Below, piece after piece: positions 36,267-47,873 of a stretch of 64,000 bases of DNA. Every line of letters begins with the position of its first letter. Positions within the stretch are counted from its first letter, which is position 1. A model generated the notes under the pieces. The model ran no database searches. It was not told the origin of the DNA and saw nothing but the letters and a program-made list of their open reading frames with translations. The position numbers were made by a program, and so were the translations under genes. The DNA comes from an uncultured Pseudomonadota bacterium (GTDB lineage Bacteria; Pseudomonadota; Gammaproteobacteria; Ga0077536), in the NCBI GenBank assembly GCA_902551695.1, contig CACDEI010000001.1, forward strand, positions 17,564-81,563, in the 5' to 3' direction.

Positions 36267-37344
36267 AAATAGCATTGCAGATAGATTCCATTTTGACCCA
36301 CCCTTGCTCGTAGGAGTTTTACTGATGTCTGCTCTAGGATTGATGGTTCTTTATAGTGCGTCGGAACAGTCGTTTGATACTATTTTGCATCAAGGGCTTA
36401 GATTAATGGTTGGTCTTGTGGCGATGATAATAGTAGCCCAAATTCCTCCCTATAGGATTGCTCATTGGGCTCCCATATTATATCTCATTGCCTTATCTCT
36501 ATTGGTGATTGTCCTGTTTTTTGGTGCTGGTAGAGGAGTTCAGCGTTGGCTTGATTTGGGGTTTTTCAGGTTTCAACCATCGGAGATTACGAAAATTGCT
36601 GTGCCGTTGACGGTGGCGAGTTTAGTTTCCAATAAACTTCTACCTCCAGATTTAAAAACTATCGCTATTGCTGGAGTTCTGATATTTCTTCCGACTCTCC
36701 TCATAGCAATGCAACCTGATTTAGGTACCGCTGTGTTGGTTGCATTTTCCGGGCTTATGGTTCTATTTTTTGCCGGAACAAGTTGGCCCTTTATTCGCAA
36801 TAGTTTTCTTTTAGGGATTGCAGCCGCGCCTATAGGATGGTTGATGATGCATGACTATCAGAGACAAAGAGTTTTGACACTATTTGATCCTGATAGAGAT
36901 GCTCTTGGAGCGGGATATCATATAATACAGTCTACTATAGCGGTAGGATCAGGGGGCATATTTGGCAAGGGCTGGTTAAATGGCACCCAATCCCATTTAG
37001 AGTTTCTTCCCGAGCGGGCCACTGATTTTATCTTTGCTGTTTATTGTGAGGAGTTCGGTTTAGTGGGAGTTGTAATTATGCTACTTGGCTATAGTTTAAT
37101 TATAGTGAGAGGTATTCAAATAGCTTTGCTAGCGCAAGATGCCTTCGGTAGGTTAGTATCGGTAGTTCTGACCTTGACCCTTTTTATATATGTATTTGTC
37201 AATATGAGTATGGTTACCGGCCAGCTGCCTGTGGTGGGGATACCTCTACCCTTAGTAAGTTTTGGAGGCACCTCTTTAGTCACGATTTTAATCGCTATGG
37301 GCGTTTTAATGTCGATACATACTCACCGAAAATTGGTTTTTTAA
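36259..37344 (+). CDS. mrdB: Peptidoglycan glycosyltransferase RodA (SEDS family)
   Basis: ATG at 36259 (MVRNSIADRFHFDPPLL, compare E. coli KVHLDPTML) overlaps the mrdA stop; the track start at 36232 is probably too long. Confidence 0.92.
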   Translation: MVRNSIADRFHFDPPLLVGVLLMSALGLMVLYSASEQSFDTILHQGLRLMVGLVAMIIVAQIPPYRIAHWAPILYLIALSLLVIVLFFGAGRGVQRWLDLGFFRFQPSEITKIAVPLTVASLVSNKLLPPDLKTIAIAGVLIFLPTLLIAMQPDLGTAVLVAFSGLMVLFFAGTSWPFIRNSFLLGIAAAPIGWLMMHDYQRQRVLTLFDPDRDALGAGYHIIQSTIAVGSGGIFGKGWLNGTQSHLEFLPERATDFIFAVYCEEFGLVGVVIMLLGYSLIIVRGIQIALLAQDAFGRLVSVVLTLTLFIYVFVNMSMVTGQLPVVGIPLPLVSFGGTSLVTILIAMGVLMSIHTHRKLVF

Positions 37345-37349
37345 AATTC

Positions 37350-38354
37350 ATGTTTATTCCTTTCTGTTTCAGAATAATTTTTCTTTTATTCGTAATTTGT
37401 TCAAATTCCGTTTTTTCCTTTCAGTTAGATAGTGATGCCTTAGATGGTTTCGCAACTGAATTAAGTAAGAATCATAATTTCGATCGAGGTGAGGTTAGGG
37501 AGGTTTTAAATTTTGCAGAGGGATCAAAAGCAATAGTTAGACTGATGTCGAGGCCTGCAGAGAAAACAAAGCCATGGGGGGAATATAAAAAGATATTCTT
37601 GACTTCCAAGAAGCTTGAGCAGGGATGTAAGTTTTTGAGCGAGAACAAAAGTACATTAATTAAGGCTAGAAAGGTTTACGGTGTGCCGGAGAGTGTTATC
37701 ACCGCAATCATAGGTATCGAAACTATCTACGGCGCCAATACTGGTAACTATCGGCTTCTAGATTCTCTTCCCACTCTAGCATTCCATTACCCGGGTGGAA
37801 ATTCAAAAAGGGAGAAGTTTTTTCGCTATCAACTAACGGAATTTTTCCTTTTGGCCAGAGAAGAGGGTTTCGATATGCGTGAGTTGAGAGGATCCTACGC
37901 AGGAGCTATAGGAATACCTCAGTTTATGCCCAATAATGTTAGAAAGCTAGCGGTAGACTTTGATGGCGATGGTAAAAAAGACATTAGGATGAGTAGAGAA
38001 GATGCGATAGGCAGTGTGGGAAACTATCTGAAACATCATGGTTGGCAACGGGATGGATTAGTATACTTAGATGCTAAACTAAAAGAAGGATATGATCAGA
38101 AAATAACGACGAATACGGCAAAACTAGCCACGACCATAGGCGCACTAGATGCCTTTACTTTTGATGCTAGCAACATGCCAGACAAGACACGTGTTTCTAT
38201 TGTCAAATTCAAAGAAGAGGGTGCCTTAAAGCACCGAATAGTTTTTGAAAATTTTTACGCTATCTTTCGATATAACCCAAGGGTGAAATACGCCTTGGTT
38301 GTGGCGCTGCTTGCTTCTTCGTTGCAGCAAGAGTGTAATTTAATGGATTTATAG
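37350..38354 (+). CDS. mltB: Lytic murein transglycosylase, MltB/Slt35 family, with signal peptide
   Basis: 334 aa; N-terminal signal sequence; family-typical IGIETIYGANTGNYRLLDSLPTLAF...AGAIGIPQFMP block. Confidence 0.75.
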   Translation: MFIPFCFRIIFLLFVICSNSVFSFQLDSDALDGFATELSKNHNFDRGEVREVLNFAEGSKAIVRLMSRPAEKTKPWGEYKKIFLTSKKLEQGCKFLSENKSTLIKARKVYGVPESVITAIIGIETIYGANTGNYRLLDSLPTLAFHYPGGNSKREKFFRYQLTEFFLLAREEGFDMRELRGSYAGAIGIPQFMPNNVRKLAVDFDGDGKKDIRMSREDAIGSVGNYLKHHGWQRDGLVYLDAKLKEGYDQKITTNTAKLATTIGALDAFTFDASNMPDKTRVSIVKFKEEGALKHRIVFENFYAIFRYNPRVKYALVVALLASSLQQECNLMDL

Positions 38355-38368
38355 TGCGATAGTTTGCT

Positions 38369-39088
38369 ATGAGAATTTGGTTAGTTTGTTTTCTGCTGGG
38401 AGCGTTTCTTCCCTCGTGCTCTAACAAAAATAGTGTGCGCGACGAATCTGGTGTAGAAGTAAAGGGGCTTGATGAGGCAGAGAAAAACTTTTATGTAGTT
38501 TTTGGAAAGAAATATTTCCCTATTAGTGAGGTTTCAGCTTTTGAGGAGATTGGGATTGCCTCTTGGTATGGTAAAAAATTCCACGGAAAACCTACCTCAA
38601 CAGGGGAAATATACGACATGAATGCTATTACTGCGGCTCACAAAACGCTCCCCTTGCCATGTCTTGTGCAAGTGATCAACTTGGAGAATCAGAAAAAAGT
38701 GTTGGTCAAAGTAAATGATCGTGGACCTTTTGTCGACGGCCGCATAATAGATCTCTCGTACGCCGCTGCTAAAGAACTAGGTATGACCCGTCAAGGAACT
38801 GCGAAGGTTAAAATTTCTTTTGTCAAAACCTTAGTTGAAGAAATAAAGCCCAAAATTAGTTTTGTTCAGTTTGGAGCCTTTAGAACAAAAAAAAATGCGA
38901 TTAAGCTATCCAGTCTTTTAAACAATAAACTGCCTAAATTCACCATAGAAGTTGTAGAAACTAAAGATGGGTTATTCAAAGTAGTGAGTTCGATTCCTTT
39001 GGAAAATCAAATTTCCGAAAGTAAGCTTAAGAGTAAATTGGAAGGCGTGGGGGTTTCAGAATACTCTATTTTGCATCGAAGTTTGTAA
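38369..39088 (+). CDS. rlpA: Septal ring lytic transglycosylase RlpA family lipoprotein (DPBB + C-terminal SPOR domain)
   Basis: Lipobox LPSC; ASWYG...GKPTSTGEIYD...TAAHKTLPLP DPBB motif; SPOR-like FVQFGAFRTKKNA at the C-terminus. Confidence 0.85.
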   Translation: MRIWLVCFLLGAFLPSCSNKNSVRDESGVEVKGLDEAEKNFYVVFGKKYFPISEVSAFEEIGIASWYGKKFHGKPTSTGEIYDMNAITAAHKTLPLPCLVQVINLENQKKVLVKVNDRGPFVDGRIIDLSYAAAKELGMTRQGTAKVKISFVKTLVEEIKPKISFVQFGAFRTKKNAIKLSSLLNNKLPKFTIEVVETKDGLFKVVSSIPLENQISESKLKSKLEGVGVSEYSILHRSL

Positions 39089-39115
39089 GATAAAAATTTA
39101 AAAGGAATTATTTGG

Positions 39116-40279
39116 ATGAGTCCATTATCGAAGAATGCTCTGAAAGTAAAATATAAAACCTATCTAACGGTGGGAATGATGTTTTTCTCCTTTGAGGTAT
39201 TATCCGGCGTATCATCTATTCCAGCACCTCCTGTTTCTGTTGATTCATTTATTTTGGTAGATCATCAGACTGGTGAGGTACTCGCGGAAAAAAATGCCGA
39301 TGAAAGTGTTGAACCTGCTAGCTTGGTTAAAATAATGACTACTTATGTTGCCGCCCAAGCTATTCGCGATGGCCATCTAAAACTCACAGAGACAACAAAG
39401 GTCAGCAAAAAAGCGTGGAAAATGGAAGGTTCTAGGATGTTCATAGAAGTTGGAACAGAAGTATCGATCGATGATCTTCTCAACGGCGTCATCATTCAAT
39501 CAGGCAATGATTCAAGTGTCGCCTTGGCAGAACATCTTTTCGGTAATGAGGCGGCTTTTGTTGAAAAAATGAATCTAGAAGCTAAAAAGCTCAAAATGGA
39601 CAATACTAGTTTTGGTAATGTTACAGGATTGCCTGATCGTGGAACTTATTTGAGTGCTAGAGATGCGGCTACCCTATCGAGGGCTCTTATTCAAGAGTTT
39701 CCAGAGATTTATAACAGATTCAAGTTGCGAGAATTTAAATACAACAATATAAAGCAGAGAAACAGGAATGCACTTCTTTTTAGAGATAATAGTGTAGACG
39801 GTATTAAGACTGGTTACACTGAGCGTGCGGGTTACTGCTTGGTTACATCAGCGAAAAAAAATTCTATGAGACTAGTGGCAGCAGTGATGGGAGCCAAATC
39901 GAATTATATTCGTGTTAAGGACAGCAGGACATTACTATCATATGGGTTCCGATTTTTTGATACTAGGGAAATTTTAAAAATCGGCGAAGAGATCGCTACT
40001 AATAGGGTATGGATTGGGAAAAAAAACGTTGTTAAAGCAGGTGTGAAAGCTCCGGTTTTCATAACTTTGCAGAAGGGAAAATTCCAGGATATACAGATCA
40101 ATAAAAAGTTTATGGAACCCTTGAAGGCACCGATTGAGAGGGGTCAAATCATTGGTAAAGTCGAAATTAATCTACCTGATGGAACAAACTATTTCGAGGA
40201 TATTGTAGCGTTAGAAGAAATTGAGAAGGCGGGGTTTTTTGCTTCACTTCCAGATCAAATTAACCTGCTCCTTAATTAA
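39116..40279 (+). CDS. dacA: D-alanyl-D-alanine carboxypeptidase (PBP5/6 family)
   Basis: 387 aa; signal peptide; SLVK (SxxK), SGN and KTG motifs; synteny after rlpA as in E. coli. Confidence 0.9.
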   Translation: MSPLSKNALKVKYKTYLTVGMMFFSFEVLSGVSSIPAPPVSVDSFILVDHQTGEVLAEKNADESVEPASLVKIMTTYVAAQAIRDGHLKLTETTKVSKKAWKMEGSRMFIEVGTEVSIDDLLNGVIIQSGNDSSVALAEHLFGNEAAFVEKMNLEAKKLKMDNTSFGNVTGLPDRGTYLSARDAATLSRALIQEFPEIYNRFKLREFKYNNIKQRNRNALLFRDNSVDGIKTGYTERAGYCLVTSAKKNSMRLVAAVMGAKSNYIRVKDSRTLLSYGFRFFDTREILKIGEEIATNRVWIGKKNVVKAGVKAPVFITLQKGKFQDIQINKKFMEPLKAPIERGQIIGKVEINLPDGTNYFEDIVALEEIEKAGFFASLPDQINLLLN

Positions 40280-40284
40280 AAAAT

Positions 40285-41124
40285 ATGAAAGAGTGTTATT
40301 TAAATGGGGACTACGTTGATTTGGCGGATGCTAAGGTATCGGTCTTAGACAGAGGCTTCATTTTTGGTGAGGGTATATATGAAGTTATAGGAGTTCATTC
40401 ACGAAAGCCTTTTGCATTATCCCTTCATCTAGAGAGGCTTGATCTTAATTTGTCTGAAATGGGATTATCAAATCCGCTCTCATCCGAGGCTTGGTCAAGC
40501 TTAATTTCTAATCTTATCTCACGTAACGGTTGTGCATTCGGAACTATTTACATTCAAATCACGAGAGGTAAAGCACCTCGCAACCATGAATTTCCAAAGG
40601 CTAGCTGTCCTACTGTTTTTGTTATGATATCTGAGTCGGCGGCAAAAACAGAATTGGAAAAGGTCATTGCTATTACTGCTGAAGATGAACGTTGGAGGGG
40701 GTGTCATATCAAGACCACCTCTTTATTTGCTAATACGAGATTGCGTAATTTAGCCACTAGTAAAGGTGCAGCGGAGGCAATTCTACAATATGGTGGTTAT
40801 TTGACGGAAGGGGCATCTTCGAGTGTTTTTATTGTTTCTAATGACGGAGTAATCTACACCTCACCCCTCGACTCTAACATTCTACCTGGTATTACCAGGG
40901 AGATAGTAATACGGCTTTCCGTCTCAATGGGCGTTCCTGTAATTGAGGAGAAAATTGAGATTTCCCGTCTTAGGACAGCGAATGAAATCTGGCTTACAAA
41001 TACTTCATTCGGAATTAGGTGTGTCAGTCGTTTAGACGAAGGTATAGTCGGTGATGGTCAGCAGTACGAGGTTGCTCAACGATTCCATAAACAGCTTAGT
41101 ATTGAAAAAGGCATTATGCCCTAA
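40285..41124 (+). CDS. dat: D-amino-acid (D-alanine) aminotransferase, PLP fold type IV
   Basis: 279 aa; blocks YIQITRGKAPRNHEFP and EDERWRGCHIKTTSL match Bacillus Dat (YFQVTRGTSPRAHQFP, EDIRWLRCDIKSL). Confidence 0.8.
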   Translation: MKECYLNGDYVDLADAKVSVLDRGFIFGEGIYEVIGVHSRKPFALSLHLERLDLNLSEMGLSNPLSSEAWSSLISNLISRNGCAFGTIYIQITRGKAPRNHEFPKASCPTVFVMISESAAKTELEKVIAITAEDERWRGCHIKTTSLFANTRLRNLATSKGAAEAILQYGGYLTEGASSSVFIVSNDGVIYTSPLDSNILPGITREIVIRLSVSMGVPVIEEKIEISRLRTANEIWLTNTSFGIRCVSRLDEGIVGDGQQYEVAQRFHKQLSIEKGIMP

Positions 41125-41920
41125 GCCCAAAACTTTTTTTCATGAAATATAAGCACAAAAAAATCATTAACAATATGAAAGTTACTATAACTGCAAAAGC
41201 TTGCATTAGGTCTATATCGCTCACGCCAAGAAAGCCAAAACGGAAGGCGTTAACCATGTAAAGAACGGGGTTGATAAGAGATAGCTCTTTCCAAAATGGG
41301 GGTAATAGGTCTATCGAATAAAAAACTCCGCCTAGGTAAGTTAAAGGTGTTAAAACGAAAGTTGGTACGATTGCTATATCATCAAATTTCTTGGCGAAAA
41401 TTCCATTTATAAACCCAAGTAGTGAGAATAAGACGGCAGTTAGGACCACTACCGAAATAGAAATCGGGAGGGAGTATATTTTAAGCGGAGTAAAAAACAG
41501 TGTGATCGCTGTCACAATCAGGCCTACTAGAATTCCACGGCATACGCCCCCGGTTACGTATCCCGCTAAAATAATAATATTGGGTGTTGGAGAGACGAGT
41601 ATTTCCTCTATATGCCTTTGAAATTTCGCTCCAAAAAATGAGGAAACCACATTTCCGTAAGTGTTGGTGATAATCGCCATCATGATTATCCCTGGAGCGA
41701 TGTAGGACATGTAGTTTATCCCTGACATTTCCCCAATACGGTCACCAATCACGCTCCCAAAAATAAGGAAATAAAGCGACATTGTGATGGCAGGTGGTAA
41801 TAAAGTTTGCAGCCAGATTCGTAGGAAGCGGTTCAACTCTTTGGTGACGATGGTCTGAAAACTTATAAACCAAAGTTTGCTGTGCTTGGCCCAAGAGGTG
41901 TATAGGACGTTTTTACTCAT
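41114..41920 (-). CDS. yadH: ABC-2 type transporter permease (YadH-like)
   Basis: 268 aa; 6-TM permease immediately downstream of the yadG-like ATPase; overlapping start and stop. Confidence 0.8.
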   Translation of the reverse strand: MSKNVLYTSWAKHSKLWFISFQTIVTKELNRFLRIWLQTLLPPAITMSLYFLIFGSVIGDRIGEMSGINYMSYIAPGIIMMAIITNTYGNVVSSFFGAKFQRHIEEILVSPTPNIIILAGYVTGGVCRGILVGLIVTAITLFFTPLKIYSLPISISVVVLTAVLFSLLGFINGIFAKKFDDIAIVPTFVLTPLTYLGGVFYSIDLLPPFWKELSLINPVLYMVNAFRFGFLGVSDIDLMQAFAVIVTFILLMIFLCLYFMKKSFGLRA

Positions 41921-42827
41921 AACTGCCTGTCAAATCCAGAAATAATGTTTCAAGGCGATTGCCTTTGTTTCGCATACTTTTGATATCTATTCCAGACTTC
42001 GATAGTTCCTTAAAAATTCCGTTTAAGTCGGTTCCTTTTTCCACTGTGATCTCGAACCTCAAGTCATCAATGGCAAGTACACTAGCTGAACCTAGTTCTG
42101 GTAGGTCGGTATATTTTTCCGCACAGTCTAATATGAAACTTTCCGAATTTCTTTTAGACAGAAGTTCAGTCATGGATGTATCTACGATTATGGAACCACC
42201 ATCAATAATTCCAACTCGGTTACATAAATGTTCTGCTTCCTCTAGATAGTGGGTCGTTAAAATAATTGTAGTACCGGAGCTGTTTAATGTTTTGAAGAAA
42301 TCCCACATGGTTTTTCTAATCTCTATATCAACTCCAGCGGTAGGTTCATCCAGCAACAGGAGTTTAGGATCGTGAATCAGAGCTCTGGCTATCATTAGGC
42401 GTCTTTTCATTCCTCCAGAAAGGGTTCTTGAAATGTCCTTACGTTGTTTCCAGAGTTTCAATTTTTTCAGCAGATAGTTTGACTTTTCGGTAGCCTCTTT
42501 ACGTGGGATTCCATAATATCCAGCCTGATTTATTAGTATTTCATCGAGCGTTTCAAATTGATTAAAGTTCACCTCCTGAGGTACTATCCCTAGCATAGAG
42601 CGCGCTAGTCCAAAACTTTCGTTTATGTTGATATCGAAAATACTTACTCTGCCCGAAGTTTTTGTTACCAGTGAGGAGATGATTCCTATTAAGGTAGATT
42701 TTCCCGCTCCGTTTGGACCAAGAAGTGCAAAAAAATCTCCGTCATCTACTTTGAGGCTGACGTTTTTAAGCGCAATGGTTCCGTTTTGATAGATTTTCTC
42801 TAATGATTCTATAGTTAATGCGTTCAC
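41913..42827 (-). CDS. yadG: ABC transporter ATP-binding protein (YadG-like)
   Basis: 304 aa; Walker A GPNGAGKST, signature LSGGMKRR, Walker B LLLDEPT; collinear with E. coli YadG along its length. Confidence 0.88.
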   Translation of the reverse strand: MNALTIESLEKIYQNGTIALKNVSLKVDDGDFFALLGPNGAGKSTLIGIISSLVTKTSGRVSIFDININESFGLARSMLGIVPQEVNFNQFETLDEILINQAGYYGIPRKEATEKSNYLLKKLKLWKQRKDISRTLSGGMKRRLMIARALIHDPKLLLLDEPTAGVDIEIRKTMWDFFKTLNSSGTTIILTTHYLEEAEHLCNRVGIIDGGSIIVDTSMTELLSKRNSESFILDCAEKYTDLPELGSASVLAIDDLRFEITVEKGTDLNGIFKELSKSGIDIKSMRNKGNRLETLFLDLTGSYE

Positions 42828-43051
42828 TTTAGATTTTTCCCTGAGGAAAACCCCTAATTTTGGATAAAACTCTTGTTATATTATTCGTTTATTGACTTGT
42901 ATGAGTTCATGACGCCTCTTTTAAACGTTATTATAACAACTTAATGAGGTTGTCGTAATCCACTATTTTATGGATTAAATTATGTTAGTCTTCTTTTCGA
43001 CTGACCAACTTTTAAATTTATCTTTGTAAGAGAGAATGAATTCGAAATCTA

Positions 43052-43321
43052 ATGATAGAAAATCGAGATAGCATTATAGAGTTCCCCTGTGATTTTCCGA
43101 TAAAGGTGATAGGCTGGAGCTCGACGAGGTTGTCTGAATTAGTTTTGTCCATTATCAGGCAGCACATTGGCGATTTTTTGGCAGAGTCTATGTGTAGTAA
43201 AAAGAGTGGTAAGGGAAAGTACACGTCTGTGACGATCACGGTGAGGGTTTCTAGTAAAAATATTTTGGATGCTATATACAAAGATCTTTCATCTAACCCA
43301 GAAATTATCATGGTCTTATGA
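43052..43321 (+). CDS. ybeD: UPF0250/DUF493 protein YbeD
   Basis: 89 aa; EFPCDFPIKVIG...VRV...YKDL...IIMVL parallels E. coli YbeD; conserved position upstream of lipB. Confidence 0.85.
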   Translation: MIENRDSIIEFPCDFPIKVIGWSSTRLSELVLSIIRQHIGDFLAESMCSKKSGKGKYTSVTITVRVSSKNILDAIYKDLSSNPEIIMVL

Positions 43322-43971
43322 AAGTTGTTTCTAGGATAGTGGGGTTAGTTGATTACGAATTCTGCTTGGAAAAAATGAAAGAAAGAGTTCAATCTCTTGA
43401 TCCCGCTGGGGTTGATGAATTCTGGACAGTGGAGCACACCTCGGTTTACACCTTAGGGAAGCGTAGTAAAACAAGCAGTGTACCTTTATTATCTCATTCA
43501 ATCCCAATAGTAAGAAGTGACAGGGGTGGGCAAGTTACTTATCATGGAAAAGGCCAATTGGTGCTTTACACTATTTTGAATTTTCGAAGATTAGAGCTTG
43601 GTCCCAAAGAGTTTGTGATAATGCTAGAGAAAGCAGTTATTGATTATTTAGAATCTTTTGGTATCCCATCTTACGGCCGTCGAGACTTTCCTGGGGTGTA
43701 TGTTGAAAATAAGAAAGTGGCTTCTATAGGGCTTAGGATATCTAATGGATTCAGTTACCACGGCTTATCGGTCAATGTCGATATGGATTTAGAACCTTTC
43801 GAGGCGATAGATCCATGCGGTATTGAAGGTATGGAAGTAACTCAACTGTCGAGTTTAGGTATAAAATCTAAGATAGAGACTGTTTCGTGTAAAGTACGAG
43901 AAAATCTCTATGCCAACATATATCGTGGACAAAAGATGACTGAAATTGAGGCGATCGGGTTCTGTGAATGA
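43318..43971 (+). CDS. lipB: Octanoyltransferase LipB
   Basis: 217 aa; start overlaps the ybeD stop (ATGA); RGGQVTYHGKGQLV motif. Confidence 0.93.
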   Translation: MKVVSRIVGLVDYEFCLEKMKERVQSLDPAGVDEFWTVEHTSVYTLGKRSKTSSVPLLSHSIPIVRSDRGGQVTYHGKGQLVLYTILNFRRLELGPKEFVIMLEKAVIDYLESFGIPSYGRRDFPGVYVENKKVASIGLRISNGFSYHGLSVNVDMDLEPFEAIDPCGIEGMEVTQLSSLGIKSKIETVSCKVRENLYANIYRGQKMTEIEAIGFCE

Positions 43972-43989
43972 AAAAAATAGGTTCATATA

Positions 43990-44931
43990 ATGACAGATAT
44001 AACTAAATTGCCTAGCCGAAAACAGCGAGGTGAAACAAAGCTATCTAAAATCCCAATAAAGGTTAAATCAGTATCCAAGTTACCGAAGCCAGCATGGATA
44101 AAAGTGCCTGCTCCATCCGGTGTCAAAGTCTTGGAGCTCAAAAAATTACTAAGGGATAGTGAACTCAACACCGTTTGTGAGCAAGCTTCTTGCCCTAATT
44201 TAGGAGAATGCTTTTCGAACGGAACTGCTACGTTTATGGCAATGGGGAATTTTTGTACTCGTAGGTGTCCATTCTGCGATGTAGCTCATGGTCGCCCGGA
44301 CGCCCTTGACCCGGATGAACCAGCTCGGATTGCTGAGGCTGCTGCTTTAATGAGACTAAAATACGTGGTGGTTACCTCTGTTGATAGGGATGATCTTTTA
44401 GACGGCGGAGCAGGTCATTTTGCGCAATGTGTCAAAGCGATAAGAGATCGGGTAAATGGAATCAAGATAGAAATTCTCGTTCCAGATTTCAGAGGTAGAA
44501 TGGAACGCGCCATGAACGGTCTTCTGGTATCTTTACCCGACGTATTTAACCATAACATGGAAACTGTGAGATCTCTTTATAAATCAGTTAGACCAGGCTC
44601 AGACTACGACTGGTCCTTGAGCATTATCAACGAGTTTAAGAGACTAGCACCGAGCGTGCTGACTAAATCGGGGCTAATGCTGGGTCTCGGAGAAAGTCTA
44701 AAAGAAATAGAGCAGTGTTTGATTGATCTTAAAAGGCATGATTGTGACATGGTAACACTTGGCCAGTATTTACAGCCCAGCAAATATCATCTTCCAGTAA
44801 CTAGATATGTAAAGCCGGAAGAGTTTAAAGAGCTGGAAGAGTTTGCGAAATCTCTAGGTTTTGTAAATGTTGCGAGTGGTCCTTTGGTGCGATCGTCATA
44901 TCACGCAGATGAGCAAGCTAAATCAAATTAA
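43990..44931 (+). CDS. lipA: Lipoyl synthase
   Basis: 313 aa; [12 protein letters not shown] and radical-SAM CTRRCPFC motifs. Confidence 0.97.
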   Translation: MTDITKLPSRKQRGETKLSKIPIKVKSVSKLPKPAWIKVPAPSGVKVLELKKLLRDSELNTVCEQASCPNLGECFSNGTATFMAMGNFCTRRCPFCDVAHGRPDALDPDEPARIAEAAALMRLKYVVVTSVDRDDLLDGGAGHFAQCVKAIRDRVNGIKIEILVPDFRGRMERAMNGLLVSLPDVFNHNMETVRSLYKSVRPGSDYDWSLSIINEFKRLAPSVLTKSGLMLGLGESLKEIEQCLIDLKRHDCDMVTLGQYLQPSKYHLPVTRYVKPEEFKELEEFAKSLGFVNVASGPLVRSSYHADEQAKSN

Positions 44932-44946
44932 TCTTTCCGACTTATT

Positions 44947-46293
44947 TTAAGATTCCTCAATTGAGCTCACAAAAGAACCAACCTTGCCGGACTTAAACAG
45001 GGTTGTAATAGGCTGGCCTACCTTCAATTCGTTAGGATCTTTAACTAACTTGCCTTGATCATCAATAACAAGCGTATAGCCTCTTTCTAGAGTGCGTTGA
45101 TGTCCTAGATTTTTAACACTTGTTATTAGATGTTGAGTTTTTGTCTGGTTTTCTTTGTACTTATGCGAGACAGTTGTTTTTAGTTTTAAAATAGCATCAG
45201 TTAGTTTTGATCGATTTTTCTCTATACTTCTTTTAGGAGCTAAATTATTAAAGCGAGAACGCTGATTTTCGAAACTCATACGACGAAACTGCATTTGGAA
45301 ATTAACATTTTTATATAATTGTCTTAGTAGGTCATCGGTTTGTTGAAATCTAAATTCTAAATCTTTTCTTGGGTGTCTGATTTTTGATTTTAGAGTTGAA
45401 AGTTGGCTCGTTTTTGTATTGATCTGAATTTTTGACGCTGATAGTAACCGTTTTTGGAGGGATGCGAGTTGTTCGTAAGCAACGCTGGTTTCAGGTGTTA
45501 CAATTTCCGCTGCAGCAGAAGGTGTTGGAGCCCTAGCGTCTGCCACTAAATCTGCTATGGTTATATCTACCTCATGGCCTATGCCACTTACAATTGGTAA
45601 TGAAGAGTCGAAAATGGCCTGGGCCACCAGCTCCTCGTTAAAAGGCCACAGATCTTCCAGCGATCCGCCCCCTCTAGAAATTATCAAGACGTCGCATTCC
45701 TTCCGTTGGTTTGCTACAAATATAGATCGTGCGATTTCAGAAGCTGCGTTTTCTCCTTGGACTACACACGGATAAATGATTGCTGTAATAGAGGGGCTCC
45801 GTCTCTTCATGACGGTTAGAATATCTCGAACCGCAGCGCCGGTCGGCGAGGTGACAACACCTATTGTATTCGGCCATTTGGGAAGAGGCCTTTTTCTGGA
45901 CTGATCGAAAAAGTGAGCTTCTTCGAGCTTATTTTTGAGAGCTTCGAATTTGGCCCTTAAAATTCCATCTCCTGAAAGTTCCATCGTCTCTACAATTAAT
46001 TGGTAGTCCCCTCTTATTGAGTAAACACTGGCTAGCCCCTGAGCTACTACTTCTGTACCGTTTTTAGGAATGAAACCTTTTGCGCCAGGTTTATTTCTGA
46101 ACATTGCACAACGAACTTGAGATTTTTCATCCTTAAGAGAAAAGTACATATGGCCAGAAGTCGGGGTGGCCAAATTAGAGATTTCCCCTCGTACATAAAC
46201 CACCCCAATTTCTCTTTCCACTATTGATTGAGTCACCTGATTTAATTCGCTCACTGATAGGATTGGTGGCATTTCTTGCATGGGATGTCTCAT
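44947..46293 (-). CDS. xseA: Exodeoxyribonuclease VII large subunit
   Basis: 448 aa; OB-fold N-terminus plus catalytic domain; divergent from guaBA as in E. coli. Confidence 0.93.
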   Translation of the reverse strand: MRHPMQEMPPILSVSELNQVTQSIVEREIGVVYVRGEISNLATPTSGHMYFSLKDEKSQVRCAMFRNKPGAKGFIPKNGTEVVAQGLASVYSIRGDYQLIVETMELSGDGILRAKFEALKNKLEEAHFFDQSRKRPLPKWPNTIGVVTSPTGAAVRDILTVMKRRSPSITAIIYPCVVQGENAASEIARSIFVANQRKECDVLIISRGGGSLEDLWPFNEELVAQAIFDSSLPIVSGIGHEVDITIADLVADARAPTPSAAAEIVTPETSVAYEQLASLQKRLLSASKIQINTKTSQLSTLKSKIRHPRKDLEFRFQQTDDLLRQLYKNVNFQMQFRRMSFENQRSRFNNLAPKRSIEKNRSKLTDAILKLKTTVSHKYKENQTKTQHLITSVKNLGHQRTLERGYTLVIDDQGKLVKDPNELKVGQPITTLFKSGKVGSFVSSIEES

Positions 46294-46320
46294 TTTCTAG
46301 GGGTCGGAAATGTTTTAGAT

Positions 46321-47846
<1,526 letters not shown>

Positions 47847-47873
47847 TGTGCGCAATAATTTCTCATTTTATCT

